From Acidimicrobiales bacterium (GTDB taxonomy: Bacteria > Actinomycetota > Acidimicrobiia > Acidimicrobiales > AC-14): 34,239 nt of DNA. The translations under genes and the position numbers were made by a program. The notes beneath the pieces are model-generated. The model made no database searches and was not told the DNA's origin. It saw nothing but the letters and a program-made list of their open reading frames with translations. How positions within the stretch are numbered: the stretch's first letter is position 1; each line of letters begins with the position of its first letter. Location of the stretch: contig JBOGIC010000268.1 in NCBI GenBank assembly GCA_050744985.1, positions 1 to 34,239 on the forward strand, in the 5' to 3' direction. Below are positions 22,443 to 31,600 of the stretch, in pieces.

Positions 22443-23210
22443 TCACCCGCGGGTACCGCCGCTCGAGCGCGTGGCATGAAAGGTCCAATCCAGACTGTCG
22501 GGCCCGGGTTCGTTGTCATCCTGATAGTCAGCCGTCACCGCGGTCACTGCAAACCCGGCCTCGGCGAGGAGCGCTTCGAACGCGTCTCGGCCCCAATACT
22601 GGAGGCAAAACGAGTGCAGCTCCGTGGTCAGCAACTCACCGTCGGCCCACTTTTCGTAGCGGATGAGCATCGTCGTGCGGTTGGCGAGCGGATCGAAACG
22701 GACGTGCACTGGCTGTTGGGTCCAGAGATAGGCGTCACGCCGCCAGTACCGCAGCGGTCCCGGCTCGGTTACGGGACGGGGTGCTGCGACGTCCACAATC
22801 AGGCGCCCTCCCGGAACGAGAGACTCGTGGAAGCACGACAATGCACGCAGGACGGCGTTCCGCCCGTCGAGGTTTCTGATCGACCCGGCAGGAATGATCA
22901 CGGCCTCGTAGGCCTCGGGCTGGACGAACGACTCCATGTCGCCGATGCGCAAGACCGGCTCGAGACCACGCTCGAGACAGTGCTGGCGACAGATCGCGAG
23001 CATTTCAGGCGAATGGTCGAGGCCCTCGACACGGAAGCCCGCCTCGAGCAGTGGGATGAGTACACGCCCCGTACCCGTTGCCGGCTCCAGGATGGTCCGC
23101 CGGACACCCGCTAGGTGGCGTGCGTAGTACTCGACGTCTCCGTTGGAGAATCCGATCGGCAGGTGGAAGTCGTAAACCTCGGCAACGAGCGTGGAGTACG
23201 CCCAGCTCAC
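22443..23210 (-). CDS. Class I SAM-dependent methyltransferase, about 255 aa
   Basis: Motif I is ILEPATGTGRVLIPLLEAGFRVEGLDHSPEML. Start chosen at GTG 23210, preceded by GGAAGGGA. The longer ORF (to 23345) would overlap the SDR gene by 98 nt. Confidence 0.8.
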   Translation of the reverse strand: MSWAYSTLVAEVYDFHLPIGFSNGDVEYYARHLAGVRRTILEPATGTGRVLIPLLEAGFRVEGLDHSPEMLAICRQHCLERGLEPVLRIGDMESFVQPEAYEAVIIPAGSIRNLDGRNAVLRALSCFHESLVPGGRLIVDVAAPRPVTEPGPLRYWRRDAYLWTQQPVHVRFDPLANRTTMLIRYEKWADGELLTTELHSFCLQYWGRDAFEALLAEAGFAVTAVTADYQDDNEPGPDSLDWTFHATRSSGGTRG

Positions 23211-23247
23211 ATGGTCCCTTCCACTGTTTGTCGCGTTCCAGACGCCG

Positions 23248-23985
23248 TCACCACGGTAATGGCCCCTCGTCGCTGAAGAAGCCGCCGGTCGGTCCGTTCT
23301 CAGCCAACGTGGCGAGGTCGACGACGATGCGTGCACCGTCGGCAACCTGGCGGGTGCCGCAGTGCTGGTTCATCGCGGTCGCGGTGTACCCGGGCGACGC
23401 TGAGTTGATCTTGATGTGCCGCATGTCGGGGTCGCCGCGAAATGCAAGCGCGTATTGAACGGTGAGCATGTTCAGGGCAGCCTTGGAGGCCGTGTAAGCG
23501 AGACGACGGGTGGCGTCGCCTGGTATGTCGACTCCTTCGCTGGTCAGCGTCAGTGAGCCCGTTGTGCTGGATACGTTGACGATACGCGGAGCGGGCGACC
23601 GCCGGAGGAGTGGCAGGAGCGCGTGGATCGTCGTCACGACGCCGAAGACGTTCACCTCGAAGATCTGACGCATTTCGGTCGCCGTCGTCGCGGTGGCGGC
23701 GGCGGCGACGAACGTCCCGGCGTTGTTGATGAGGATGTCGAGTCGACCATGGTCGCGTTCCACGTCCTGTGCGAGTCGGGCCACGCTGACGGGGTCAGTG
23801 ACGTCGACCTGTACCGGGCTTACGAGAACGCCGTCGGTGGCCAGGTCATGGACGGCTGCCGCCGCCCGGTCGAGATCGCGGCTTCCCAGGAGAACGGCGA
23901 TACCCAGACGCGCCAATTGGCGAGCCGTTTCATGCCCCAGTCCCTTGTTCGCACCGGTCACGAGCGCCAGCCGGCTCGGAATCAC
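23248..23985 (-). CDS. Short-chain dehydrogenase/reductase (SDR), 245 aa
   Basis: Motifs are ALVTGANKGLG (TGxxxGxG), ILINNAG and YTASKAALN (YxxxK). GTG start. Confidence 0.85.
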   Translation of the reverse strand: MIPSRLALVTGANKGLGHETARQLARLGIAVLLGSRDLDRAAAAVHDLATDGVLVSPVQVDVTDPVSVARLAQDVERDHGRLDILINNAGTFVAAAATATTATEMRQIFEVNVFGVVTTIHALLPLLRRSPAPRIVNVSSTTGSLTLTSEGVDIPGDATRRLAYTASKAALNMLTVQYALAFRGDPDMRHIKINSASPGYTATAMNQHCGTRQVADGARIVVDLATLAENGPTGGFFSDEGPLPW

Positions 23986-23995
23986 GGGGTCGGCC

Positions 23996-25027
23996 TCACT
24001 GCCTCACCGGCGCTGTGGTGTGCGCGAGGATTCGGCGCAGCCACGCGATCCGAGTGCGGTCGGCCGCTCTCGAGATGACGGCGTCGGGTGCCCACTGGTC
24101 GAAGCTGTGGAAACCGCCCGACCACACGTGCAGCTCGGCTTGGCCGCCGTCGTGCCAGATGCTCGTGGCATAGATCACGGCCTCGTCCCGCAACGCCTCG
24201 ACGGAGCCGACGTCGATGAACGCGGGCGGAAGACCGGACAGGTCGGTTGCTCGCGCCGGAGCGGCGTAGCACGAGACATCGCGGGTGCCGCGCCGTGCGC
24301 CCAGCAAGGCCGTCCAACCGGCGCGGTTCGACAAGCCGTCCCAGAGTCCCACCCTCGCCATCTGGAACCCAGACGGTGTCTCACACCTGTCGTCGAGCAT
24401 CGGACACTGAAGCATCTGGCCGATCAGTCCGGGCCCGCCGCGGTCGCGGGCCAACAGCGAGATACCGGCTGCGAGCGCTCCACCGGCACTGTTGCCGCTG
24501 ACGATGATTCGTTCAGCATCGAGGCCGAGCTCGGCGGCGTGCTCGGCCAGCCAGACCAGGCCGGCATAGCAGTCCTCCACCGGAGCAGGGTCCCGATGCT
24601 CCGGCGCGAGGCGGTAGTTCACCGCTACCACGGCGAGCTGTAACTCCTCGGCCCGACCAAGTTCCCCGGCCAGCTCGGTGCTGCGGTTGTTCCCTGCGAC
24701 CATACCGCCGCCGTGCGTGCTGTAGACGACCGGGTGCGGCCCAGCCGTCGCGGTGGGGCGGCAAATGATCATGGGAAGGTCGGGCGCGCCAAGGGGACCT
24801 GGAACGTCCCGCTCCTCGAGATCGAACGCACCTCCGCGTCGGATCTCGTCATCGGACATGCTGAGCTCGGCCGTGCGCCTTCGCCGATCTGGAATGAGCT
24901 CGGCCGTGAGCGGGGTCGGCAGGTCCGCGAGAATGGCGCCGAGCGGCGCTGCCAATTCGGGGTCTAACGGCGGCGGCGGGCCGACCCTGCCGCCGTCGAC
25001 GGGGGAGTGGCGCGTGCGGTCGGTCAC
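23996..25027 (-). CDS. Alpha/beta hydrolase, hormone-sensitive-lipase-like (Abhydrolase_3) esterase, 343 aa
   Basis: Motifs are the HGGG oxyanion motif (YSTHGGGMVAG) and the GNSAGG nucleophile elbow. The GTG start overlaps the upstream stop (GTGA at 25024..25027). Confidence 0.8.
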   Translation of the reverse strand: MTDRTRHSPVDGGRVGPPPPLDPELAAPLGAILADLPTPLTAELIPDRRRRTAELSMSDDEIRRGGAFDLEERDVPGPLGAPDLPMIICRPTATAGPHPVVYSTHGGGMVAGNNRSTELAGELGRAEELQLAVVAVNYRLAPEHRDPAPVEDCYAGLVWLAEHAAELGLDAERIIVSGNSAGGALAAGISLLARDRGGPGLIGQMLQCPMLDDRCETPSGFQMARVGLWDGLSNRAGWTALLGARRGTRDVSCYAAPARATDLSGLPPAFIDVGSVEALRDEAVIYATSIWHDGGQAELHVWSGGFHSFDQWAPDAVISRAADRTRIAWLRRILAHTTAPVRQ

Positions 25028-25977
25028 GGCGTGGCGGGCGCGGGATGAGAGCCCTCGACCGCAACCCGGGCCGCCACGGTGATCGTGTGTAGTTGACGGA
25101 CGCTCGGGTGGCGCAGGTGCAGGCTGCGGTACAGACAGCGCGGGCGGCTCGGATTGTCACAGTAGGACGTACGGCCGTGCGAAATGCGCGTGTTGTCGAA
25201 CACGATCGCCTGTCCGGCTTCGAGGGCGAGCTCCGCGAAATGGGGGCTACCGGGAAGGCTGGCGTGCAAAAGGAACCCTACGCCGCGATACAGGTCCGCC
25301 TCGGCAACGCTAACGGGCACCGACCATCGGTCAGTGGCCGTCACCGAGTACCCGCAGACCAACTGGTGCTCCTGGACGGTGAACGCCGGCCCAGCGTTCA
25401 CATCCCTGCAACCGTTGATGTTCGCCTGGCGAATGAGGGCGCCGGGTGTGGCGAGCGCCGCCGCCGCCGGTGCGTCCACAGCCGCGAGTTGGGCGTAGGC
25501 GGCCGACGCGTTGAACAGTATGGTCTCGCCGCCCTGTGCCGCGGGCGCCTCGCACAGCAACACCGACACCTTTACGAACCCGATCTCCTGCAGCGTGCCG
25601 TCGCAATGGAGCGCCAAGCCCACGGTCCGCTCGAACGACGGATGTCGCGCCGTGGCGACATCGGCTGCTGCCGCGGAGATCCGGGCGACGGTTGCCACGG
25701 GCTTGCCGTTCGTGGCGTACAGCGGAGGGACGAAGGGAGCGCCCAGGTCGAATGATTCGGCGAGCGCCAGCAACGTCTCGGCGGTGACGCGGTGCGGGTC
25801 CAGTTGGATGACGGCAAAGCCATGTCGCTCGTACCGATCGACGACCTCAGCGCGGGCACTTGCGCTGATTGTTCCCGCGTTCGTCGCCGACACCGGATCA
25901 GCGGGGAAGTTCTCGAAGGTGGTGCTCACCGCCGCGGCCGCAGCCATTACCTGATCGAAGCTTACGGCGTTGTGCAT
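25024..25977 (-). CDS. TauD/TfdA-family Fe(II)/2-oxoglutarate-dependent dioxygenase, 317 aa
   Basis: Motifs are LALHCDGT (HxD) and FDNTRISHGRTSY (distal His/Arg). Start chosen at ATG 25977, with GAGGAGG 9 nt upstream. Confidence 0.75.
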   Translation of the reverse strand: MHNAVSFDQVMAAAAAVSTTFENFPADPVSATNAGTISASARAEVVDRYERHGFAVIQLDPHRVTAETLLALAESFDLGAPFVPPLYATNGKPVATVARISAAAADVATARHPSFERTVGLALHCDGTLQEIGFVKVSVLLCEAPAAQGGETILFNASAAYAQLAAVDAPAAAALATPGALIRQANINGCRDVNAGPAFTVQEHQLVCGYSVTATDRWSVPVSVAEADLYRGVGFLLHASLPGSPHFAELALEAGQAIVFDNTRISHGRTSYCDNPSRPRCLYRSLHLRHPSVRQLHTITVAARVAVEGSHPAPATP

Positions 25978-26024
25978 CGTGGGTGACCTCCTCGCGCGAT
26001 CGGCTTTCCTGGGATCTTCATGGC

Positions 26025-27353
26025 TCAGAGCACGTGCTGGACCGCGCGAGGAGCGGAGCACGGATCCGGGCCGACGACGAAGGCATCGTCCGTAAGGGCG
26101 ATCGCCGGCGAGGGATCGCAGCTCGTGAAGTGCAGTTCGGCGAGGGGGTCTCCCCTCGTGACGCGCTCACCAACCCGACGACGAAGGATCAGTCCGGCGG
26201 CGTGGTCGAGTTTGGCGCCCTCGACCATCCTGCCCGCACCGAGGCGCAGAGCGGCCGTCCCGATCGCGCGGGGATCGACGGCTTGGACCCACCCAGACGA
26301 CGTCGCCGTGATCACGTGCCGGTTCGGTGCCGACGGGAGCCGGCCCAGTTCCGTGAGCTGACGTGCGTCGCCCCCTTGGGCCCGCGCCCATCGGAGGAGT
26401 TGATCCCGTGCGGCTCCGCTGTCTATCGCGCGGGCGACGCGCTCGTACGCCGCTCCGGGTGTCAGGTCGGGATCAGCGCTCTGCAGCATGAGGCCGGCAA
26501 CGGCGTCACACACCTCCGACAGCCCCGGAACGTGACCGCCCTCCAAGACGTGGAGCGCCTCTTTGATCTCGAGGGCATTTCCGACGGCGTAGCCGAGGGG
26601 TTGGCTCATGTCGGTGAGCACCGCTCGGCAGGAAAGCCCGAATAGTCCAGCAAGCTTCACCATCGTCTCTGCAAGCTCGGTTGCCGCGGCGGGATCGGGA
26701 ATCAGCGCTCCGGGTCCGGTTTTCACGTCCAGAACAAGACGAGTGGCACCGATCGCAACCTTCTTGCTGATGATGCTGGCGGCGATCAACGGGATGCTCG
26801 CCGCGGTGCCCGTCAGGTCCCGCAGCTCGTACGTCGCCCAGTCACCCGGTACGAACTGGGGTGTGTGGCCGGTGATGACCATTCCGGCCTCACGCGCCAC
26901 GCGGCGAACGTCGGCGACGCCGAGGTCCAGCCGGAGGCCTCGGACACACTCGAGCTTGTCAACGGTTCCGCCGGCATACCCCAGGCCCCGTCCGCTCATC
27001 TTCACGACGGTGAACCCACAGGCTGCCACAACGGGAACGACGACGAGCGTGACCTTGTCGCCGACGCCTCCCGTGCTGTGCTTGTCGACGACCGGGCCGA
27101 TGCCGCTGAGATCCAGCCGTACCCCGCCGGTCACATACGCACCGGTGAGGGCGGCCGTCTCCTCGATGGTCATCCCTTCGCAGGCCACTGTTGCCAGCCA
27201 TGCGGCCATCTGGTAGGCGGGGATGCGGCCGGCCACGAAGTCGAGGACCACACTCCGGATCTCGGCAGGCTCCAACGAGATGCCGGACCGCTTCCGGGTG
27301 ATCGAATCGACGACGCCTACGGACGCAGAATCGGACAGCACCTGCGGGAGCAC
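26025..27353 (-). CDS. Thymidine/pyrimidine-nucleoside phosphorylase family protein, about 442 aa
   Basis: Motifs are DKHSTGGVGDK and MSGRGLGYAGGTVDKLE (family signature). Start chosen at GTG 27353, 7 nt after the aminotransferase stop. The longer ORF to 27431 would overlap that gene. Confidence 0.85.
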   Translation of the reverse strand: MLPQVLSDSASVGVVDSITRKRSGISLEPAEIRSVVLDFVAGRIPAYQMAAWLATVACEGMTIEETAALTGAYVTGGVRLDLSGIGPVVDKHSTGGVGDKVTLVVVPVVAACGFTVVKMSGRGLGYAGGTVDKLECVRGLRLDLGVADVRRVAREAGMVITGHTPQFVPGDWATYELRDLTGTAASIPLIAASIISKKVAIGATRLVLDVKTGPGALIPDPAAATELAETMVKLAGLFGLSCRAVLTDMSQPLGYAVGNALEIKEALHVLEGGHVPGLSEVCDAVAGLMLQSADPDLTPGAAYERVARAIDSGAARDQLLRWARAQGGDARQLTELGRLPSAPNRHVITATSSGWVQAVDPRAIGTAALRLGAGRMVEGAKLDHAAGLILRRRVGERVTRGDPLAELHFTSCDPSPAIALTDDAFVVGPDPCSAPRAVQHVL

Positions 27354-27360
27354 GTCGGCT

Positions 27361-28653
27361 TCAGCCAGCTCGCGCCGCCGCGACGGCGTACTCGATCCGA
27401 TCGGCGATGGCCGTGATGCCCTCGTCGCCAATCGTGAGCGCGGGCACGGCCATCATGGTGTCGCCCAGTTGTCGCAGCAGCAGTCCTTTGTCCTCGGCCC
27501 GGGCAACGGCTCGGCTCGCTGCGTCCGCCGAGCACATCTCGACGACGAGTACCAGCCCGAACCGTCTGACGTCGACAACGTCGCCAATCCCTGCCAGCCC
27601 GCCGAGCCGATCGACCAACAGCCCTCCGAAGTGTTCGGCCCGTTCCGGAAGGCTCTCCTTCTCGAGAACGTCGAGCGTCGCCAGCGCGGCAGCGCAGCCG
27701 ACCGCGTGGCCCGAAGTCGTGTGACCGTATCGGAGGCCACCGATGAGCGGTTCGTTCTCGAAGGTGTCGTGAATGTGCCGCTGCACGGTGACTGCCGCGA
27801 TGGGCACATAGCCCCCGCTCAGGCCCTTGCTCGACACGAGGATGTCCGGTTCGACCGCCTCCCGATGGCAGGCGAACATCCGGCCCGCACGCCCGTACGC
27901 TGTAAAGACCTCGTCGAGGATCAGCAACGCCCCGTATGTATCGCACAGCTCGCGTAGTCCTCGGAGGAAGCCGTACGGCAACACCACACCGCCGCCGACA
28001 TTGAGGAATGGTTCGACGACAACTGCCGAAGGCTGCGCGCTCGCGTCCTCCTCCAACGCATTGCGGAAGGCCTCGAGGAGTAGCGGAAGCGACTCAGGAC
28101 GGCGCAGGTCCCGCGGGCTCACTGGGAGGTCGACGAAGGTCACGGGCAGTGGGCTCTGGAACGGGTGCCCGACCCGAGGCAGTCCCGACAGGCTCCTGCT
28201 GATCACCGTCGAACCGTGGTAGCCGCGCGTGAAGGTCACGACCCTCGACCGCGGCTCGCCGACGTGCGACCAGTACTCGGCAGCGATCAGGACGGCTGCC
28301 TCGATTCCTTCGGATCCACTGTTGACGAACAGTGTCTTCGAAAGCGTCTCCGGCAGGTAGGAGGAGAGCCGTTCGGCGAGGAGTCCGGCCAGTTCGTGGC
28401 TCGCAACGGACAGGTCGACGCCGTGCAGCTGCGATATCTGCTCGCTCACGGCGCGTGCCACGTCCGGATGCGAATACCCGCACGTCGCACCGAGCGACAG
28501 GCCGTCGATGAACTCCCTTCCGTCGACGTCCCAGATCCGGTAGCCGTCCCCGTGCGAGAACATCAGCCGTGCACGATCCGCGCTCAGCGGTGACCACGTG
28601 TGCCACACGTGACGCCGGTCCCGACTCCGGACTGACTCGGGGCTAGCGGTCAT
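27361..28653 (-). CDS. Class III PLP-dependent aminotransferase, 430 aa
   Basis: Motifs are FVNSGSEGIEAA, LILDEVFTAYGRAG and VSSKGLSGGYVPI (Schiff-base Lys context). Confidence 0.85.
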   Translation of the reverse strand: MTASPESVRSRDRRHVWHTWSPLSADRARLMFSHGDGYRIWDVDGREFIDGLSLGATCGYSHPDVARAVSEQISQLHGVDLSVASHELAGLLAERLSSYLPETLSKTLFVNSGSEGIEAAVLIAAEYWSHVGEPRSRVVTFTRGYHGSTVISRSLSGLPRVGHPFQSPLPVTFVDLPVSPRDLRRPESLPLLLEAFRNALEEDASAQPSAVVVEPFLNVGGGVVLPYGFLRGLRELCDTYGALLILDEVFTAYGRAGRMFACHREAVEPDILVSSKGLSGGYVPIAAVTVQRHIHDTFENEPLIGGLRYGHTTSGHAVGCAAALATLDVLEKESLPERAEHFGGLLVDRLGGLAGIGDVVDVRRFGLVLVVEMCSADAASRAVARAEDKGLLLRQLGDTMMAVPALTIGDEGITAIADRIEYAVAAARAG

Positions 28654-29392
28654 CGGGGACGCTTTGACGTTCGAGGGTTTCTCGGAGCAGGGCGTATGGC
28701 GGGTCGGACACGAGGTAGAAGTGATCGCCGGACAGGGTCTGCTGGCAGAACTCGCCGAGGGTCAAGTCGCTCCATCCGCGCTGGTCGGCGTCGGCGTCGG
28801 CATCGCCGACGATCGTCGTCACCGAGCAATGCAAGCGCGGTTCCGGCTCCATCACGTAGGCGTGGAACATGCGCCCGTCGCTGAGAATGTAGGGCAGGAC
28901 AAGTTCCTGGAAGATGGGGTCCGCGGCCAGCTTGGGATCCGTGCCACCGAGGCGGACGAGCTGCTCGATTGTCGTATTGTCGTCATCGGCTACGTCGGGC
29001 GCAGCCGTGCGGACCGGGGACACGCCATCGCGGGAGCCAGAAGCGAAAAGGTGGAACGGTTGAACGCCCCGCGCCTCGAGCGTCCTGGCCGTCTCGAGGG
29101 CGACCACGGCGCCCATGCTGTGCCCGAACAGCGCGATTGGGCGGTCGGCCATCGGCTCGAGGGCACAGGCGATCTCGCCGGCGAGCGCGCGCAGATCCGT
29201 AGGTGGTCGTTCGTCGATGCGCTCAGCGCGGCCGGGGTACCGAACGGCATGTACTTCGACTTCGGGCAAGTGGCGCGCCCATTGGCGAAAGAACGAGGCA
29301 GACCCACCGGCGTGGGGAAAGCAGATGAGGCGCCGCGGCGGCTCCGTACGCGAAACGGTGCACTGCAGCCACGTTGAGTGAGTCGTCGTCAT
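28643..29392 (-). CDS. Type II thioesterase, 249 aa
   Basis: Motifs are LICFPHAGGSASFF and GHSMGAVVA. The ATG overlaps the A-T stop (ATGA at 29389..29392). Its 3' end overlaps the aminotransferase start by 11 nt. Confidence 0.9.
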   Translation of the reverse strand: MTTTHSTWLQCTVSRTEPPRRLICFPHAGGSASFFRQWARHLPEVEVHAVRYPGRAERIDERPPTDLRALAGEIACALEPMADRPIALFGHSMGAVVALETARTLEARGVQPFHLFASGSRDGVSPVRTAAPDVADDDNTTIEQLVRLGGTDPKLAADPIFQELVLPYILSDGRMFHAYVMEPEPRLHCSVTTIVGDADADADQRGWSDLTLGEFCQQTLSGDHFYLVSDPPYALLRETLERQSVPDDR

Positions 29393-31371
29393 GTAGCTGG
29401 CTCTGGTTCGGCCCGCTGGCGCCGTGCCAGGACCGCGCTGGCCCGGGCGTCACTATCCTGCCGCCTCGGCTCAAGGGAATCGACCGGCGCCGATCTGTCA
29501 ATGCGAAGCAGTTCCGCCTGGGTAGACACGGTCGTGTGCCGAAAAAGGGCGACGATGGATGGCCGCGTCCCGGTGTGGCATTCGAGTGCATCCTGGAGCC
29601 GGAACATGGCAAGCGAGTGGCCGCCGAGATCAAAGAAGTTGACGTCGACGGGCACTTCGGACAGGTTGAGCACCTCGGCCCAGGCGGCAGCCACCAGCGC
29701 CGCGGCATCCCGGTCGAAGTCGATGGCGGCCGCGGGCGTGGGATCGGGGCGAGCCACCGAGTCGTCGACGCTGATGCGCAGGAGGTTTCGGTCGACCTTG
29801 CCGCTGACGGTGATCGGAAAACCATCGAGTATGCGAATCAGCGCGGGGACCATGACGTTCGGCAGTCGGTCGCTCAGGTGTCGCCGCAGCGTCTCCGCTG
29901 AGATGACGCACGACGCGACGACGAAGCCGACCAGATCGGTGCCCGCGCTGTTCGCCACGACGACTGCGTCACGAACGCCTCGTACGGCGCGCAACGCCGC
30001 TTCGACCGCATCGAGCTCGACTCGGTGCCCCCGGATTTTGACCTGATGGTCCAAGCGGCCGAGAAAGTCGAGTGTGCCCTCGCGGTTCCAGCGGGCGCGG
30101 TCACCGGTTCGGTACATCCGAGCTCCTGGTTCGCTGGCGAAGGGGTCGTCGACGAAAGCCTGAGCGGTGGCGTCCGGACGACGGAAGTAGCCCCGCGCCA
30201 CCCCCGCGCCGCCGATGAACAGCTCACCCTCGGTACCCCGCGGGACCAGCTGCCCCTCGTCGTCTAGGACGTAGAGCCAGGCCCCCGGCACGGGCGTCCC
30301 GATCGACACCGGCGCCGGAGCGTCGAGGCGCAGGAAGCTGGCCCACACCGTCGCCTCGGTCGGACCGTATTCGTTGACGAGGGTCACTGGCCCCGTGTGA
30401 AGGGCGAAGTGCCGCTCCACCAGCTCCTGGTGCAGCAGCTCTCCGGCGACCGTGACGGTCTCGAGCGACCGCAGGCGCCAGAGACCGAGGCGCTCGGCGG
30501 CGTCGAGCACGAGGCTGTAGAGGGCGGGGACGCAAAGCAGACGGGTGACGCGGTATCGCTCGACGAGCTCAACCAGTCGCGTGGGGTCACGGACCTCATC
30601 GGACGTGGCGACGACGAGGCAGCCCCCCGCAGTCAGGGTGCCCCAGAGGCCAGCGACCGAAGAATCAGACGCCAGAGGGGAGACGAGGAGGAAGACCGGC
30701 GTCCCGCCGTAGACCGAACGGCGTGCCAGCGTCGACGCCGAGAGGTGACGATGTTCGACGACGACACCCTTTGGTTCGCCTGTGCTTCCCGACGTGTAGA
30801 TGATGTATGCCACGTCGTCGGACCGGACGGGAACGGCAGGGAAGTCGGCCGGCGAATGCTCCGTTGTGCTCCCCCGCTCGAACCCGTCGATCACCGCGAC
30901 GATTGGCAGCCCGAGCACACCGAGGCTGTCCTGAACGTGGCGGCTGACAACGACGCCAGCAACGTGCGCGTTGTCGAGCACCTCGGCGATGCGCGCCTGG
31001 GGTTGTCTCTGATCGACCGGTACGTACGCCGCGCCCGCGCGAAGAATGCCAAGGACGGCAGCCACCATCGGCGTTGACGGCTCGGCCAGGATGCCGACGC
31101 GGTCTCCCCGACGCACGCCGTTGACGGCGAGCTGCGCGGCGATGCGAGCGGCCCACGCGTCCAGCGCGCCATAGCTGATCGCGCCGGCAGCGGTCTGGAC
31201 CGCGGTGCGTGTCGGGTTGGAGCGCGCGAACTCGGCTACCAGCTCGTGAACCGGGGCGTGGCCAGTCGGCGGTAGCAGCCTGCCGCGCCCGATGGCGAGC
31301 GGCCCGTCGCAGTCCTCGCTGCCGAGGACCGCCTGGTCGCGCGGAGCGTCAACCGGTTTGCGCGATGCCAA
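29389..31371 (-). CDS. Stand-alone NRPS adenylation-PCP didomain protein, about 660 aa
   Basis: Motifs are LRAGAAYVPVD, YIIYTSGSTGEPKGV, NEYGPTEAT, YRTGDRARW, GRLDHQVKIRGHRVE and PITVSGKVDR. PCP motif is FFDLGGHSL (Ser codon 29614..29616). There is no C or TE domain. The start is a TTG and uncertain. Confidence 0.9.
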   Translation of the reverse strand: MASRKPVDAPRDQAVLGSEDCDGPLAIGRGRLLPPTGHAPVHELVAEFARSNPTRTAVQTAAGAISYGALDAWAARIAAQLAVNGVRRGDRVGILAEPSTPMVAAVLGILRAGAAYVPVDQRQPQARIAEVLDNAHVAGVVVSRHVQDSLGVLGLPIVAVIDGFERGSTTEHSPADFPAVPVRSDDVAYIIYTSGSTGEPKGVVVEHRHLSASTLARRSVYGGTPVFLLVSPLASDSSVAGLWGTLTAGGCLVVATSDEVRDPTRLVELVERYRVTRLLCVPALYSLVLDAAERLGLWRLRSLETVTVAGELLHQELVERHFALHTGPVTLVNEYGPTEATVWASFLRLDAPAPVSIGTPVPGAWLYVLDDEGQLVPRGTEGELFIGGAGVARGYFRRPDATAQAFVDDPFASEPGARMYRTGDRARWNREGTLDFLGRLDHQVKIRGHRVELDAVEAALRAVRGVRDAVVVANSAGTDLVGFVVASCVISAETLRRHLSDRLPNVMVPALIRILDGFPITVSGKVDRNLLRISVDDSVARPDPTPAAAIDFDRDAAALVAAAWAEVLNLSEVPVDVNFFDLGGHSLAMFRLQDALECHTGTRPSIVALFRHTTVSTQAELLRIDRSAPVDSLEPRRQDSDARASAVLARRQRAEPEPAT

Positions 31372-31586
31372 TTGCTTCGATTGTCGCGAAAGAGTGCCCG
31401 AGCAAGGTCGCGGACGTCCGATACCGCGATTGTGGAGACCGTCGATTCACAGGGATGCCGCCGAAGCTCCGCCGCACAAGCAAGGGATCCTAGGGCTCGA
31501 ATCATCCTTTGGCAATGAAGAAATTCGACGCAATGACAAACCTTCAGTCTTGACCACGAGCAACATTGGAGTGGCTGGAAATGCGT

Positions 31587-31600
31587 CGCGATCGATCGCG
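31587..31600. promoter_or_regulatory. Perfect 14-nt palindrome CGCGATCGATCGCG in the 475-nt divergent intergenic region (candidate operator)
   Basis: Read directly from the sequence. It lies in a visibly lower-GC spacer between the NRPS operon start (31371, minus) and the GT8 start (31847, plus). Confidence 0.3.

Noticed and set aside
22382-22520. Possible continuation of the PPTase remnant in another frame (…VTRGYRRSSAW… resembling THCxGYR)
   Set aside because: The match is only a few residues. The frame is antisense to the well-supported methyltransferase C-terminus, and no downstream PPTase catalytic motifs follow.
27354-27431. Longer 5' extensions of the phosphorylase (to 27431), methyltransferase (to 23345), dioxygenase (to 26061), GT4 (to 14172) and LamG (from 21179) ORFs
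   Set aside because: The extensions overlap the upstream gene or leave no promoter space. They have non-protein-like composition, and better-placed starts with SD-like sequences exist at 27353, 23210, 25977, 14040 and 21320.
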